From positions 62,001 through 126,000 of the forward strand of contig JALMLS010000561.1 in assembly GCA_038496445.1 (NCBI GenBank): a DNA stretch of 64,000 bases, written 5' to 3'. Source of the stretch: Trichosphaerium sp. ATCC 40318. Taxonomy: Eukaryota; Protista; Tubulinea. The position numbers were made by a program, and so were the translations under genes. Positions 52,131-64,000 of the stretch are shown piece by piece (within the stretch, counting starts at the first letter, position 1; the number at the start of each line of letters is the position of its first letter). The notes under the pieces are model-generated. The model searched no databases. It worked only from the letters and a program-made list of their open reading frames with translations, and was not told the origin of the DNA.

Positions 52131-53589
52131 TTACCTTGACTCTTGTATTAATGCTACAAGACTCTTTGTAGTTTTATCCCACCAGTGTGGCACATATACA
52201 ACTGAAATACCCATACTTTCACAAATTTCTTTTTTTAGAGCATCACGTTTCTTTTGAACCTCTACAGGTCCAACATGAAGAAAAAAAGATTGACTTGCTC
52301 TAGAATGTTGTTCACCTAGAAATAAAATCAATTTCATTTGATTAACAGGCATAATGAGCCAGGGGTCAGTTGTACCTTGGTATTCAAGTGCTAAGTTAAG
52401 TTCTTTAATAAATACATCAATGATTACACGCATTTTTCCCGAATGAACAATGTACTCTTCTACTACTTCAAAGTCTGGGAAGATACGTTGTGCTTCCATA
52501 AAAACAACCCTACAAAAATGATGAGTACAAAGAGCTATCTGGTTAAAGGAGTGTACCTTTGTTGAGACTTTTTGGCTTTGTAGTTGAAATTGGACATTTC
52601 CCATTTAAAAGTAGGATGAAGGCTTCGTAAAGCAGCAGGGAATTGAGGTAATATACCGCCACCATTTAGTTCTATTAGTTGAGTATGAGATATTCTATAC
52701 CATCCCTCAGGAGAACTAATTTGGAGTGAATGCTCAGCACCTGCAGAATGTCAAAAACAAAAATTATAAGTTATATACATACGTTTCAAAAAGTTAACGA
52801 CAGCGCGGTTTGTCCAGTATCCAACTTTGTGAGTCCTTTCAGAACCTTTTCTAATATAGTATTGGTTTCTAATCATAGTGTAGATGTATACCTAAATCGT
52901 TCCAAGTTCCAATTGTGATCAGTGTAAGTCTGACTGATTATTGTAGCAAGTGAAAAATTGAATCTAAAAAAAAAAGTGTTAACTTTTTCGTGTCAGAAGA
53001 GTTGCTCACCTACTAAGCATCCCAGCTCCGGCATGTCTCCTAAACTCAGATATAGATACATTATACCAATCATTTAAATCATTAATAGCAAGTTTATCGC
53101 TCATATACTTCATGAAATCGAGACGATTTCGTTTAACAAACCAATATCCTCGTGAAACTTGCCTATTCGTGTAAAAAAAAAAAAGTCAAAACCAAAATCA
53201 CGTGTGTCATACTGAGTAGCGTATGCAACGTAAAACAACGTGTTAAATACCTACTTGAATTTCCAAGGTATCCAACCATGATGAGGGTACAACGCTTGAA
53301 GAACTTGGTGCAAAGAGTCGTTGTATCTACGAAATTTTTTCAAACAATCAGTAAATGCACTATTACTGGATTCGTTTTAGACTTACCGCCATAGTAATGA
53401 TCTTCCACCACTTTTACATGCATCTACATAAGTTACACTGTACCAATCGTCGAGTTTGTTGATTCCTAACTCAACAGCCATCTCATTTTCTAAAAACTCC
53501 TTCTGGTTCTTCACAGACGCCCAATATTCTCGTGGCTTACGTATTACGTCAACGAGATTGTCGTTGATATCTCGTCGGACTAATCTCAT
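52131..53589 (-). CDS. Helical YW/DWY-repeat protein with C-terminal PD-(D/E)xK-like nuclease domain
   Basis: Repeats YW...N...F...L.I..L.DWY; C-terminal IDVFIKELNLALEYQGEQH...RDALKKEICESMGISVVYVPHWW. Confidence 0.7.
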
Positions 53590-53914
53590 CAATTAATGAA
53601 TGAAACGCAGTTTAGGAATGTGTAAAAGCGTTTTCAATCGGTATAAAGTGATTTGGTTCTGAGTACGTTAAAACAATGCGTTATTTTACAATTTCACTTC
53701 TGAAGTGTATTTTAGAGCGTTTTAAATGCTATCAGACCTAAACCAGAAGTTTTTAACGTACCCAGTTTACGTGGAGCTGCAGGCTGCAAACAACGACTGT
53801 GTATACGTTTGAAACTCATAGTCTTGCTTCAAGTGTCAGGCATTGCGCCTGTATGCCAAATTAAAGCAGAATTTTTCAACAGCGGTCTTTATTGTTTGTG
53901 TTACGCCCTTAATC

Positions 53915-56900
53915 ATGCAGGAAATACCATTTATTATAGCCTTGATTGGGTTACTAGCTTGTACGTTCGTTTTAAACCATCCTAATAATTAACTAGTCCA
54001 CAGGCGTTTCAACTCACAGTTTAACATCAGTGAGCGTAGAGAAATGCCATAATGACATGAATAATCAAATATGGATCGTAAACACTGCCACAGGCCAAAT
54101 AAGGTAGAATGCATGCTTCTTTCTTTCAATGTTCGGTTCGCTGTTCCCTTATACTAAACCATGCTTCCAACCACGTGTTTGCGTTTAACACTGTTTTAGT
54201 TCTTCGACCGTTAGGATTGGTGATTCGTTTTACGATTCTCAATGGATACTGTCAGAAGGAAGGATAGTGTCAAAAGTACTTCATTCGGTTTTAGGAAAAG
54301 TAAACAGAGTATTTCTTTGTTTTTTTTGGTTCACACGTGACGAATACATCACGTTTTTTATGTTAGTTTGTTAATCTCATATTTCTTGCAGGTCAGTGAG
54401 AAGTGTATTGGTGTTACTACGTTGAGGAGTCCTGAAGCAAAGTAAACCGAATTTCGCGATTTATTTTAATTTTAAAATAAATAAAAAATTGCTCATTGAT
54501 GTGTTAGGCTTCAACTTGAAGATTGTGGTGCCAGAGAACAATGGGTATTTGATGAAGAGCATGGCTATATCATGTCGTTGATCACTAGCGAATGTCTGAC
54601 TTTCATTGATGCTCCTAATCATTATGTGGTTGATTTGAAACAAACTGAAAGAACTTTTGAAGGCGTTGGAGCGCTATCAGGTAACACCTTTTAATTGGTT
54701 TTGCTGGTACTGAAACCAAACAGGTGGCGGTGGTACTTCAAGGCTTCTTTTTGATTATCCAGAGCCTACACGTTCTGAAATTCTTGATATACTTTTTGTA
54801 CCTAATAAAGGTGCTTCATTGGATATTTTAAAAGTTGAAATTGGAGGTGATGCACAAGTACGTTGCAAGAGATATTCGCGTAATTGATGAAGCGTAGAGT
54901 ACAGAAGCAACTGAAGCAAGTCATATGCATACACGTGATGACCTTGATTTTAACAGAGGTAAGTAAATTCGCACAGGATGAAGCAAGTTTGCCCATTTTG
55001 TCTGTCCGTTTGTTCGTTAATTAATTTGATTCCAAGGCTATGAGTGGTGGCTCATGAAAGAAGCTAAGAAACGAAACCCTGATATTCTTCTTTATGGACT
55101 GGCTTGGGGTGAGCAACCAAGAAACTTTGGTTTATTTCATTTTTAAATATGAGTGTAACTTAAGTTTTTGATTTAGGAGCACCTGGATGGATAGGAGACG
55201 GGCATTACTATTCCGCTGATATTATTGAATACTTTATAACATGGATAAAAGGGGCTAAAACAGTTCATGGTTTAGATATAAACTACATTGGCATGTGGTA
55301 CGAGTTGCAAAAAATCGAAATAAGTTCGAACCGATTTTTATTTTTCATTTTATTTTCGTCTTTCTATCCACTCCAACAATCTCTGCTTGATAAAATGAGT
55401 CTAAAACCATATCAATTAATTGTCCGGTGGAACTGACGTTATAAATTGAATACGTTAGAGCTCTATTTTGGCTTTCAGTGTTGACTTCTTTAATCTTGTT
55501 TTTTTCTTGCTTTTTTGACTTTTTTCATCCGTTCAGGAACGAGCACCAACAGAATGATACTTGGATAAAAGAATATAGAATAGCTTTAAATGATGCTGGT
55601 TTTGAAAATATTGAGATTGTCGCACCTGATGGTAGATGGAATATTACAGAGGATATGTTAAAAGATAAGGAACTTTTTAACTCTATTTCAAAAGTTGGAG
55701 GACATTATCCTTTCAAGTACAATGACTTCGTTTCTGAAGAGTTTATGGTACGTTGTTTTAAATAACGCAATATATCTCTTTACCACCAGAGAGCACACTT
55801 TTGACACGAGTCATAAGCAATGCAAGTGAGAAATACTAAATTTAGGTCAAATCAAGCCTTAACATGCTTACACTTTTGCGACGTTTACCAGCTTCGAATA
55901 ATACTAATTTTTATTTCATAAGGCTACTGGTAAGACTCTATGGGCTAGTGAGTGCTGGGATTTGAGTAAAGTTGGTGATTGGGATGGTGCTATGCGATTG
56001 GCTCAAATGCTAAATGGAAACTACAATAAAGGCAAGATGACTGCATCAATCATTTGGTACATTAAGCTTAGCTCCATGTATCCGGCTGTATATTAACGAT
56101 ATCTAAGGAATCTTGTGTTCGGATGGTATAGTATCCTGCCATTCGCCCACGCTGTTGAAGGTGAAGCCTTAGTTATTATTTGTATTAAGATGTATTAGGT
56201 ACTGTTGGAGGTGCAGGGCATTCTTTAATGTATGCAAATGAGCCTTGGTCAGGTTATTACTCAATACAAGCTCCAATATACGTTGTGGCTCATACAACAC
56301 AGTTTACAGCGATAGGTACACTAAACATTACGACTTAACAAGCCACTTAAGTGCTGATCTAAAAACCAAGGCTGGAAGTACCTGTCATCATCAAATGAAG
56401 GTAATCTTACTGGTGGTGGTACATATGTTGCTCTTAGTGATGGGAAAGACTTATCTATTATCGTCGAAACATACAAAGTAAAAACCAAGCAAAACGCTTT
56501 TTTTCAGTTAAAAAATGCAGCAGCAATAACATTAATGCATGTTTGGTATGCTTATCGTTCTCATAAAATGCTTGCTTATTCTCCTGAGGGTAACAAACAA
56601 AACACATTGGTTCGAACAGCTCGAAGATGTTCAAGTACGCGATGGCATAATTGGACCAATCAGTATAGACTATGACGCTGTGTACACTATTTCGACAACA
56701 GAAGGACAGGTAACACCACTTTTTTTTGTTAAAGGAGGAACTCACAGAACGTCTTAGAGTAAGCCCCCAGTATCTGATATACCTAAATCAAAACCATTTC
56801 CTATTCCTTACATAGATGATTTTGAAAAGGTACTACTTCCTTAGAGTTATGGACCGAAGACTTTTGGTTTGCTAATTTTGAAAAACAGTATGAAGAAAAC

Positions 56901-57637
56901 GCAACTGTAAGATACTTTGCAGATCAAGGAGGTTCATGGGCTTCTTCAAAATCGCCAAGTGATCCTAATAATATGGTATTTAAACAAGTGGTTATACAGC
57001 CGCCAATACCATGGAGTAGAAACCCAACACCAGGCACGTGCTCACAATCTGAATCAATTGTATTTTCTGAAACGAAATCTTTTCGATTCACGTATTGACT
57101 GATACTACAACTTTGCCGCAACACTAGCGTTATAAATAAAAGTTGCTTGTTGTTTTGTTCGTGTGGTTTCTGAATAGCAAGGAAGAAACTGCAACGCTCC
57201 TTTTTCTCACAGTGCTCTCGCACTTACAAACAACTTTAGTATCTATTCTTGGTGATAGGACATGGACTGATTATTGTGTTCATGCTAAAACATACATGAC
57301 GTCGACAGAACCAAGCGCTTTTATAGCTTTATACGGACGTATAGGAACGTTTGATACATTCACTGTCACACAGCCACCTGGTTACATCATCACCTTTTCG
57401 AGGAGAAGCGTAACTATATCCTCAGGCGAGAACGTTATCTTCAAAGGAGTTGCTTCTTTTCCTTTAGAAAAATGGCACTCAATATCAGCTTGTTTCAAAG
57501 GGGACCTTATATCCGCTTCTTTAAATGGAATAACTATAGCAACCGTTCATGATAAAGAATATGAAGAAGGCTTAACTGGTTTAGCTTCAGGGTGGCATTA
57601 CGCATTTTTTGATGAGTTTTCAATAAAAGAAACTTAA
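53915..57637 (+). CDS. GALC: GH59 galactocerebrosidase with N-terminal ricin-B lectin domain
   Basis: [45 protein letters not shown] and LWASE catalytic motifs; three QxW/QW repeats upstream. Confidence 0.92.
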
Positions 57638-57895
57638 TCAGTACGCCTTGGTGCAAAATGTTCAAACCTAGCGTTTTAGTTGAAGTTTGAAAGAGCACGT
57701 GGATTTGATTGAAGTGAAATTATTAGAGTTTCATGTCAAGAGTTTAAGCTATAAGTGAATCAGCAACACGCTTACTCAGCGCTCAATATTTGAGAAGGTG
57801 AACATGCTACTTTGGTTGACGTGAAACGACTTAACATTTGAAATATTTGCCAAGCGATCTACTTGTGATAAGATTGTGATAACTTCATTTCTGTT

Positions 57896-60800
57896 ATGAA
57901 GCTAATTATTAGCTTGTCATTTGCAGCTTTAGTATTGCTTGGTAACTAAATTAACAATTCATCTCTAAAACGAGTTATACTTTACGGAGAGATTTCATAC
58001 AAGGCATAGGTACAACATTTGGACAAGATATAATCACGTGGACAGAATTTATCACAGAAGTATCTACCACATGTCAAAATACTATAAACGCAACAAATTT
58101 GATCACGTGGAACGTAAGAGATCCCACTGTGCCTATTCAATTCGAGTTTTTTCGCATAGACACTCCGTTTACGACTACAAGTGAGATTATACGAAATAAC
58201 GCATACGATACACCTGTAGCGAATCCACGTGCGTTTTTAAAAAATTGAAAAACTTCAATTTTGATAAAAAGAACTTCTTGCTCATCGGAACAAGGCAAAT
58301 GGTATTTTTATGGTGATGTTGTATCTAGCTCGATGAGAGATAGGTCTAGTGCTTTCTTGATGATTGATAAAGATACACAGCAAGTCCTCGGAGGATACAA
58401 CTTATTCGAATCTGTACATTTAACACCAACTTTTGTTTTTATGCCTTTTTAAGGTTTGGTTGCTGAATTGTCGTAGCGACCTGCTTTTGCAACAATAATA
58501 AGAGGAGGTCCTGGAAGTATATTATATCAATCAGAGGGTTCTTTGTTCCCTATAACAACAAAGCGAGATATGTTGATGGACGGTAAGAAATCGAAAAAGT
58601 TTTTGTTTTCTCTTTTCTAAAAGTAGCACTAGTGCCAAAGCATTCTTTACATTGTACGAACTCAGAACATGATCACATACACAGTCATAGCAAAAGAGGT
58701 TTCTTTGGATACGCACATAATGTACTACCATTAAACTATCCTTACTACACCGCGAGGGTACGACAGATTTCAAGTTTCTACCAGAAAGTTAATTGGTTTT
58801 TCGAGATAGCTTTCAATAGATATCACTTCACAAGTTTTTCAGCGCAACAGACAAAGCGATGAGTTCGTTCTTGACTGGATAACTGGTACTATTGCATGGG
58901 GTAGTTGGATATACGAACGTGATTACGCAGTCAAGCTAAAAATAGCAAGCATCTTCTACTATACAGAAGCAGGTAAGACCATTCTTCTTTGATTCTAAAA
59001 TTCTTCGGACCAAGTAATTGTGTAGCGTTGGATCCTTATGATGGGTTGACTGGTGATAGCGAACAAGCTCTAGCAGCTGTAGAAAATCAATACAGTTCCA
59101 ACACGTGCGCTTTCTTTAAAGACTTCGAAGTAATATTTAAAACAGGAACAAACAAGCAGTGCCTAGAGAGACTGCAATGGTTATATTCTCTAGCGACTCA
59201 ATCTTTTCTACAAGTGGTTTTGCAGATATAAATAGTTTCTGTTCATCACGGAGTGTTGCTGCAACTTCGATAGGATGGGCTTTTGCTTATGGGTCATTTG
59301 TATGTCTATCAGCAAGAAAGTGAACAAAATGGGTATTAACTTTTTGTAAAGACAGTAATGTTACATGAAATAGGACACAATGCAGGGAGTCTCCACACTC
59401 GCTGTTATGGTACAGTAAGTATACCTGGATTTGAAGGACTTGGAAATATTGATCGTTGTGGAACTGAGAATGGTTGTGATACTTCAGGAACAGAAGCTAC
59501 TCAACGTACAGTGTTTCTGACATAGATATTTTCAATGAGATTGTTTACTTTATTCCTAGCATCAATAATGTCTACTGGATGTGACACACCTCTTGCTGCA
59601 TACCTAGGAAGAGAAAACTTCTATGGTTTAAGTAGTGAACGTGTTCCAATCACGTTACGTGCAGCAGTAGCTTTCCGCAGAGGCACGTTAAAATTGGTTA
59701 CTACTAACATGTTAATAAATCCGTTTAGTTACTTCACAGCTCTCAGATTGTTTACCCGATTGGGTTCACAATGATGTGACAGTGAATTGTGCTGATTTAT
59801 TTGATACTATCCCGCCTACTACATCGCCAACAACTCAAATGCCAACCTTATCCCCTACTGAGTCACCAACTGATGCACCAACGGATCTACCTTCGAACCC
59901 TCCAACTGTTGCACCAACGGATGCGCCTACAACCACTCCAACTAATGCACCTACTGAGTTACCAACTGCATCCCCTACAAACGCGCCAACCAATGCACCA
60001 ACAGACACTCCAACTGATGCACCAACGGATCCACCTACGAACCCTCCAACTGTTGCGCCAACTGATGCACCAACAGATGCGCCAACTGATGCGCCAACTG
60101 ATCTACCATCAACGTCACCTACAGCTGTGACAATGCCTCCTACAGTAACTCCAACCACAGAACCTCCTTCAACAAATGCCCCAACTTTAGCACCAACAAC
60201 AGCTCCAACAACACTACCCACTACCATGCCCCAAACGACTGCATCGCCAACAACTCAATCACCAACTAATGTACCAACCACAGCGCCTACGGTGATGCCC
60301 ACTTCACCCCCTACAACCGAGGCTCCAACTATAGAGCCTCCAACAACGCTTACACCAACTACAATAATGCCCCAAACTACCCTACAGCCTGTTACACAGG
60401 CTCCAACAAACTCTCCAACTGTTGCTCCCACGAATATCCCGACACTACCTCCAACTACACCACATCCTACAACACTAACTCCAACAACGATACCTACTTC
60501 TGTACCAACAGAAACGCCTACAGCATCGCCTACCGCTGTTTCAGCACCTACCCAAGTTCCAACTATTGCTCCAACTGTTGCACTAACAAACGCTCCAACT
60601 TCTGCTCCTTCAACACAACCAACAACAATGGCCACAGCTTCTCCAACTCCTGTGACACCCACAGTAGATTCCACAGCCGTACCAACAAGTGCTACTTCAC
60701 CAACAATTGGTACCACTCCTATTCCGCGAGTGGATGTAGAACTGGCTTGCATAAGCCTTCAAGGAACTAGTTGCATGTAAGGGCATTACCTAACTCGAGT

Positions 60801-60967
60801 GTGCTTCTTAAAACTAATTACTTCTTTGTAGATGTTCTAGAACTGCTTGCCCATGCACTTCCTCTTCTTGTACATGCACAAGACCTTCAGGCTTTTTTTT
60901 AGCATGTGTACAAGTATTAACCTCCCAGAGAGTTCGTATAGCTGCAAACGGCATGGCGTGTTGTTGA
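57896..60967 (+). CDS. Second M12B-like metzincin protease with Pro/Thr stalk and Cys-rich tail
   Basis: Signal peptide, HEIGHNAGSLH, SIMS, YLGR..FYG..SERVPI.LRAA shared with 4632-8015. Confidence 0.87.
59810..60725 (+). repeat. Coding low-complexity PT(D/N)A-type mucin repeat
   Basis: 4-aa (12-nt) periodicity in ORF 59776-60780. Confidence 0.9.
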
Positions 60968-61172
60968 TTTTGTATATTTATTTTAAATACATCGTATTAG
61001 TAGCACGCACCCATCTATTTGTAGATTATAGAGTCAATTCCATAGACACATGATTTTTTGAACAATCGAATCACTTTGTTAAGTAACGTATCTTGCCTTA
61101 ACGTAGCCTTTTGAACTCTTCATAGTATCCAAAACGCTTTCTACTTGCCGCATTACATTAGCACAATCAAGA

Positions 61173-62883
61173 ATGAACAACGGAAGGTAACTTTAAACGT
61201 TTGTTGACTCATCCCGCCAAAAAAATACTTATCAAACTGCCTTTTGTACCTTTCTTACGCCATTTAGTGTTAACGGTACAGCTTTTCCGACTAATTTACT
61301 CAGTTTACCACCTGACATACTGGTACACCTCCGCAAACGCTAGAAATACCACTACTAACGCGCACATAGGTCGAAATTAGTAATTACGATAAAGACGCGT
61401 TCATTGCCGTCCATTCCCTGTCAAAACAAGCGGCTGTAAGCACTCATTTTACTAAGTACGATATTTTGATACACTTGACATTCAGTGAACGATGTGTTAT
61501 TGATTTTTACCGCTTTTAAGGAGTCTGAGCAAGCGTGGTTTATGGCAGCTCTGGCATAAGAATGGATGTATAAAATACAAGCACTACTTCAAAGACGGTA
61601 AAGAACATGGGCCAATCATGGAGTGGTTCGACAATGGGCAACTACATCAGAAAACTCAAAAAAAGAATGGTAAATATTTTGGTCAAATGAAACTATGGCA
61701 TGAAAATGGTCAATTGTCATTAACTGGTTCTTTAAATTGTAATCAAAAGGCTGATGGAGAGGTAAAACAGTGGTATGACAATGGTAACTTGAGAAGCTGT
61801 ATTGTGTTTAAAGATGGTAAACCTGATGGAGAGTCCAAAGAGTGGCATGATAATGGTCAATTAGAAAATCACAGTTATTTCAAGGAAGGTAAGAAGCACG
61901 GAGATGTTAGAAGATGGAATAAACAAGGAATTATGATGTTCAGTGGTAGCTATAAGGACGGACAAGAACAAGGTGAACATAAGACTTGGGACGGAGAGCA
62001 TATTATAGAATTTCTTATCTATGGAAAGACAAGTTGTGGCCATGTGTCAGTTGAGGAGAAGAGCTATCACCTAGGCATTTTGTTAAGCTCAATATGCTAC
62101 AAACAGTATGACGATGATGACAAACAGTGTTATGAAGAGGATGGTAAAGGAATCAGGATCAGAGATAGACGTATAAGTAAGCACTATAGGCGTAACAAAC
62201 ATGAATCAAAGCATGGAGAATACGTTAAGTATTCTACAGGTGGAGTACTTGAAGTTCAGTGTTTTTACAAAGAAGGGCGTAAAGACGGTGCTCACAAAGA
62301 GTGGCACAGTAATGGTCAGTTAAAGTCTGAAATGTTTTACAAAGATGACAAGATGGAAGGAGAAGATAAAGCATGGAATAGCAGAGGACAATTGGTCAGA
62401 CAGTTTAACTATGTTGAAGATGAGAAGGACGGAGTATGTAAAGAATGGAGTGATGGTGGATGTTTAATTACACTCTGTTGTTACAAGAAAGGTGATCTAG
62501 ATGGAGAGTTTGAGACGTGGCATAGTCGTGGTATTTATAATACTCATTGCTTCTATAACAACTCGGTTAATGTTGGGAAGTATCAGGAATGGAATAATAA
62601 GGGGAGATTGATAAAAGAATGTTTTTACAACAAAGATGGAAATAAAGAAGGAGACTACAAAAGATGGTATGATTATGGAGAATTAGAAAAGTCTTGCTAT
62701 TACAAGAATGGCGTAAAACATGGGTTGTTTATGCATAATAAGAAAAGGCGAGGTGTTGAATATAAAGGCTTTGATAATGGCAAAGAAATCAATTATAAGG
62801 AGATATATGACGAGAATATGGCACTTAAAGAAGAAAATGTAAAACTTAAGGAACAAATAAGGGCATTGTTAAATAAACAGTAA
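61173..62883 (+). CDS. F-box-like + MORN-variant repeat protein with coiled-coil tail
   Basis: Short 5' exons encode NLLSLPPDIL; the long exon has many G..K.W..NG.L repeats. Confidence 0.8.
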
Positions 62884-63745
62884 AGTTTTGATTCATGGAA
62901 GAAAATAACAGAAGTATTGTTTAAGATATCCAACGTGGATATGTACAATTCCACACAAGTAGATGACAAGTTTGTGCTTGAACGTAGGGTAAACTTGTCC
63001 TTATTTTTAAGAGAACTATTAATTCAACTGGAGCCAAATAAGGCCTATTAAATACTGACTAGCATTTATTGGGCCTTCTTGGATGAGCGAAAAGCGTACT
63101 TTGGCACCTAAATAAACTCGTTATTTTGACAGAAGTTTACTTGTGTCACGTGACCTACACAAGCAGCGCTAAACAATAGGCCACAAAAACCAGTACGTTT
63201 ATTGATAGTCATAAATATCCGCACGTGTAACGTAAAAATGGCAGTGAAAAAATGTCTGTTTGAATGGTCTTGATTTTCTCGATTTCTTTTTGTTTTTATC
63301 TCCTGTGTACACTTTGTTCCGTATTGCCGAACAAAATTACGCGTCATTTAGAGGTTAGTGAGTTTGAAAACGCTTTTGTTGATAAACCTTTATTATTTCT
63401 GCTCTAAACGCCAAGTGGTCTTAAGAAACCGCGTTTACCAAACTATAAAGCCTTCTCATAGTTTTTTAGCGAAAAGAAGTAAGAAACGTACTGAATCACT
63501 CACAAACACCTTAAATGAGATTGAGTCGCACGTATACAGATGTTTGGACCGTAATTGATTGCAGAAATGGCGGTCGTAGAATAAAAAGGCTACCAGTCGC
63601 ATGTCCTACGATGGCAGAGGCCAACGCTGAGGCCAAAGCGATATTCTGGTCGTACGGTAGTGACTTAGATGATCCAGACGAAACAGACGAGCCAGGAAAA
63701 CCGTATGAAGCATTTTCTTCAACTTGTATTGGTTCTGGATCTATT

Positions 63746-64000
63746 ATGATCACAGTAGAAGAGCTATCACCAGGTTATATGACAGTCAAAGAACTAAGAG
63801 CGCTGTGCGAGAAGTGGGGACTCTCAAGCAAAGGGAAAAAAAATGAGCTTAAATCAGCTTGTTTTCAAGAAATGACAAAAATCCAAGCGAAAAAAGAAGC
63901 AGATGAAGAAGAGGATGAGGATGAAGATGAGGACGAAGAAGAGGCTGACGATGAGGATGAAGGTAGTGTTAGGGATGATGGTAAAGTAGAAGCGGTGAAA
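63746..64000 (+). CDS. SAP-domain protein with acidic tract (runs off the window)
   Basis: MTVKELRALCEKWGLSSKGKKNEL followed by a D/E-rich run. Confidence 0.75.
   Translation, partial: MITVEELSPGYMTVKELRALCEKWGLSSKGKKNELKSACFQEMTKIQAKKEADEEEDEDEDEDEEEADDEDEGSVRDDGKVEAVK

Noticed and set aside
1-64000. CRISPR array, autonomous transposon, rRNA, hammerhead core
   Set aside because: No repeat-spacer array, transposase/RT ORF, rRNA motif or correctly framed CUGAUGA/GAAA was seen.

Overview
AT-rich (~35% GC by eye), gene-dense eukaryotic DNA with many short (~40-100 nt) spliceosomal introns. It is probably from an amoebozoan protist: the U2 gene and other RNA candidates carry a Dictyostelium DUSE-like WCCCAYAA promoter element, and amoeba-type gene families are present. 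The ORF track mostly shows exon fragments, so I rebuilt about 25 spliced genes by hand; exon and end coordinates are approximate where stated. Recognisable genes: dephospho-CoA kinase, two M12B-like metzincin proteases with mucin stalks, three PSI-domain membrane protein paralogues, inositol polyphosphate kinase, DeSI/PPPDE peptidase, THUMP protein, F-box-LRR and F-box-MORN proteins, GH28, a C2 protein, M14 carboxypeptidase, Sua5, ricin-B + GH59, a SAP protein and a kinase pseudogene. RNA genes: U2 snRNA and a tandem tRNA-His/tRNA-Gln pair. The best candidate for something new is a set of unannotated, highly structured ~290-360 nt non-coding RNAs behind the same upstream element as U2. It includes near-identical copies at 17065-17351 (+) and 46785-47071 (-), diverged relatives near 3.3-3.6 kb and 23.0-23.2 kb, and an unrelated one at ~693-339 (-). 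Also notable: a fold-back U2 derivative with an intact promoter, an unusual WCA-type Arp2/3 activator, frequent GC-AG introns and ~10-fold CACGTG enrichment.
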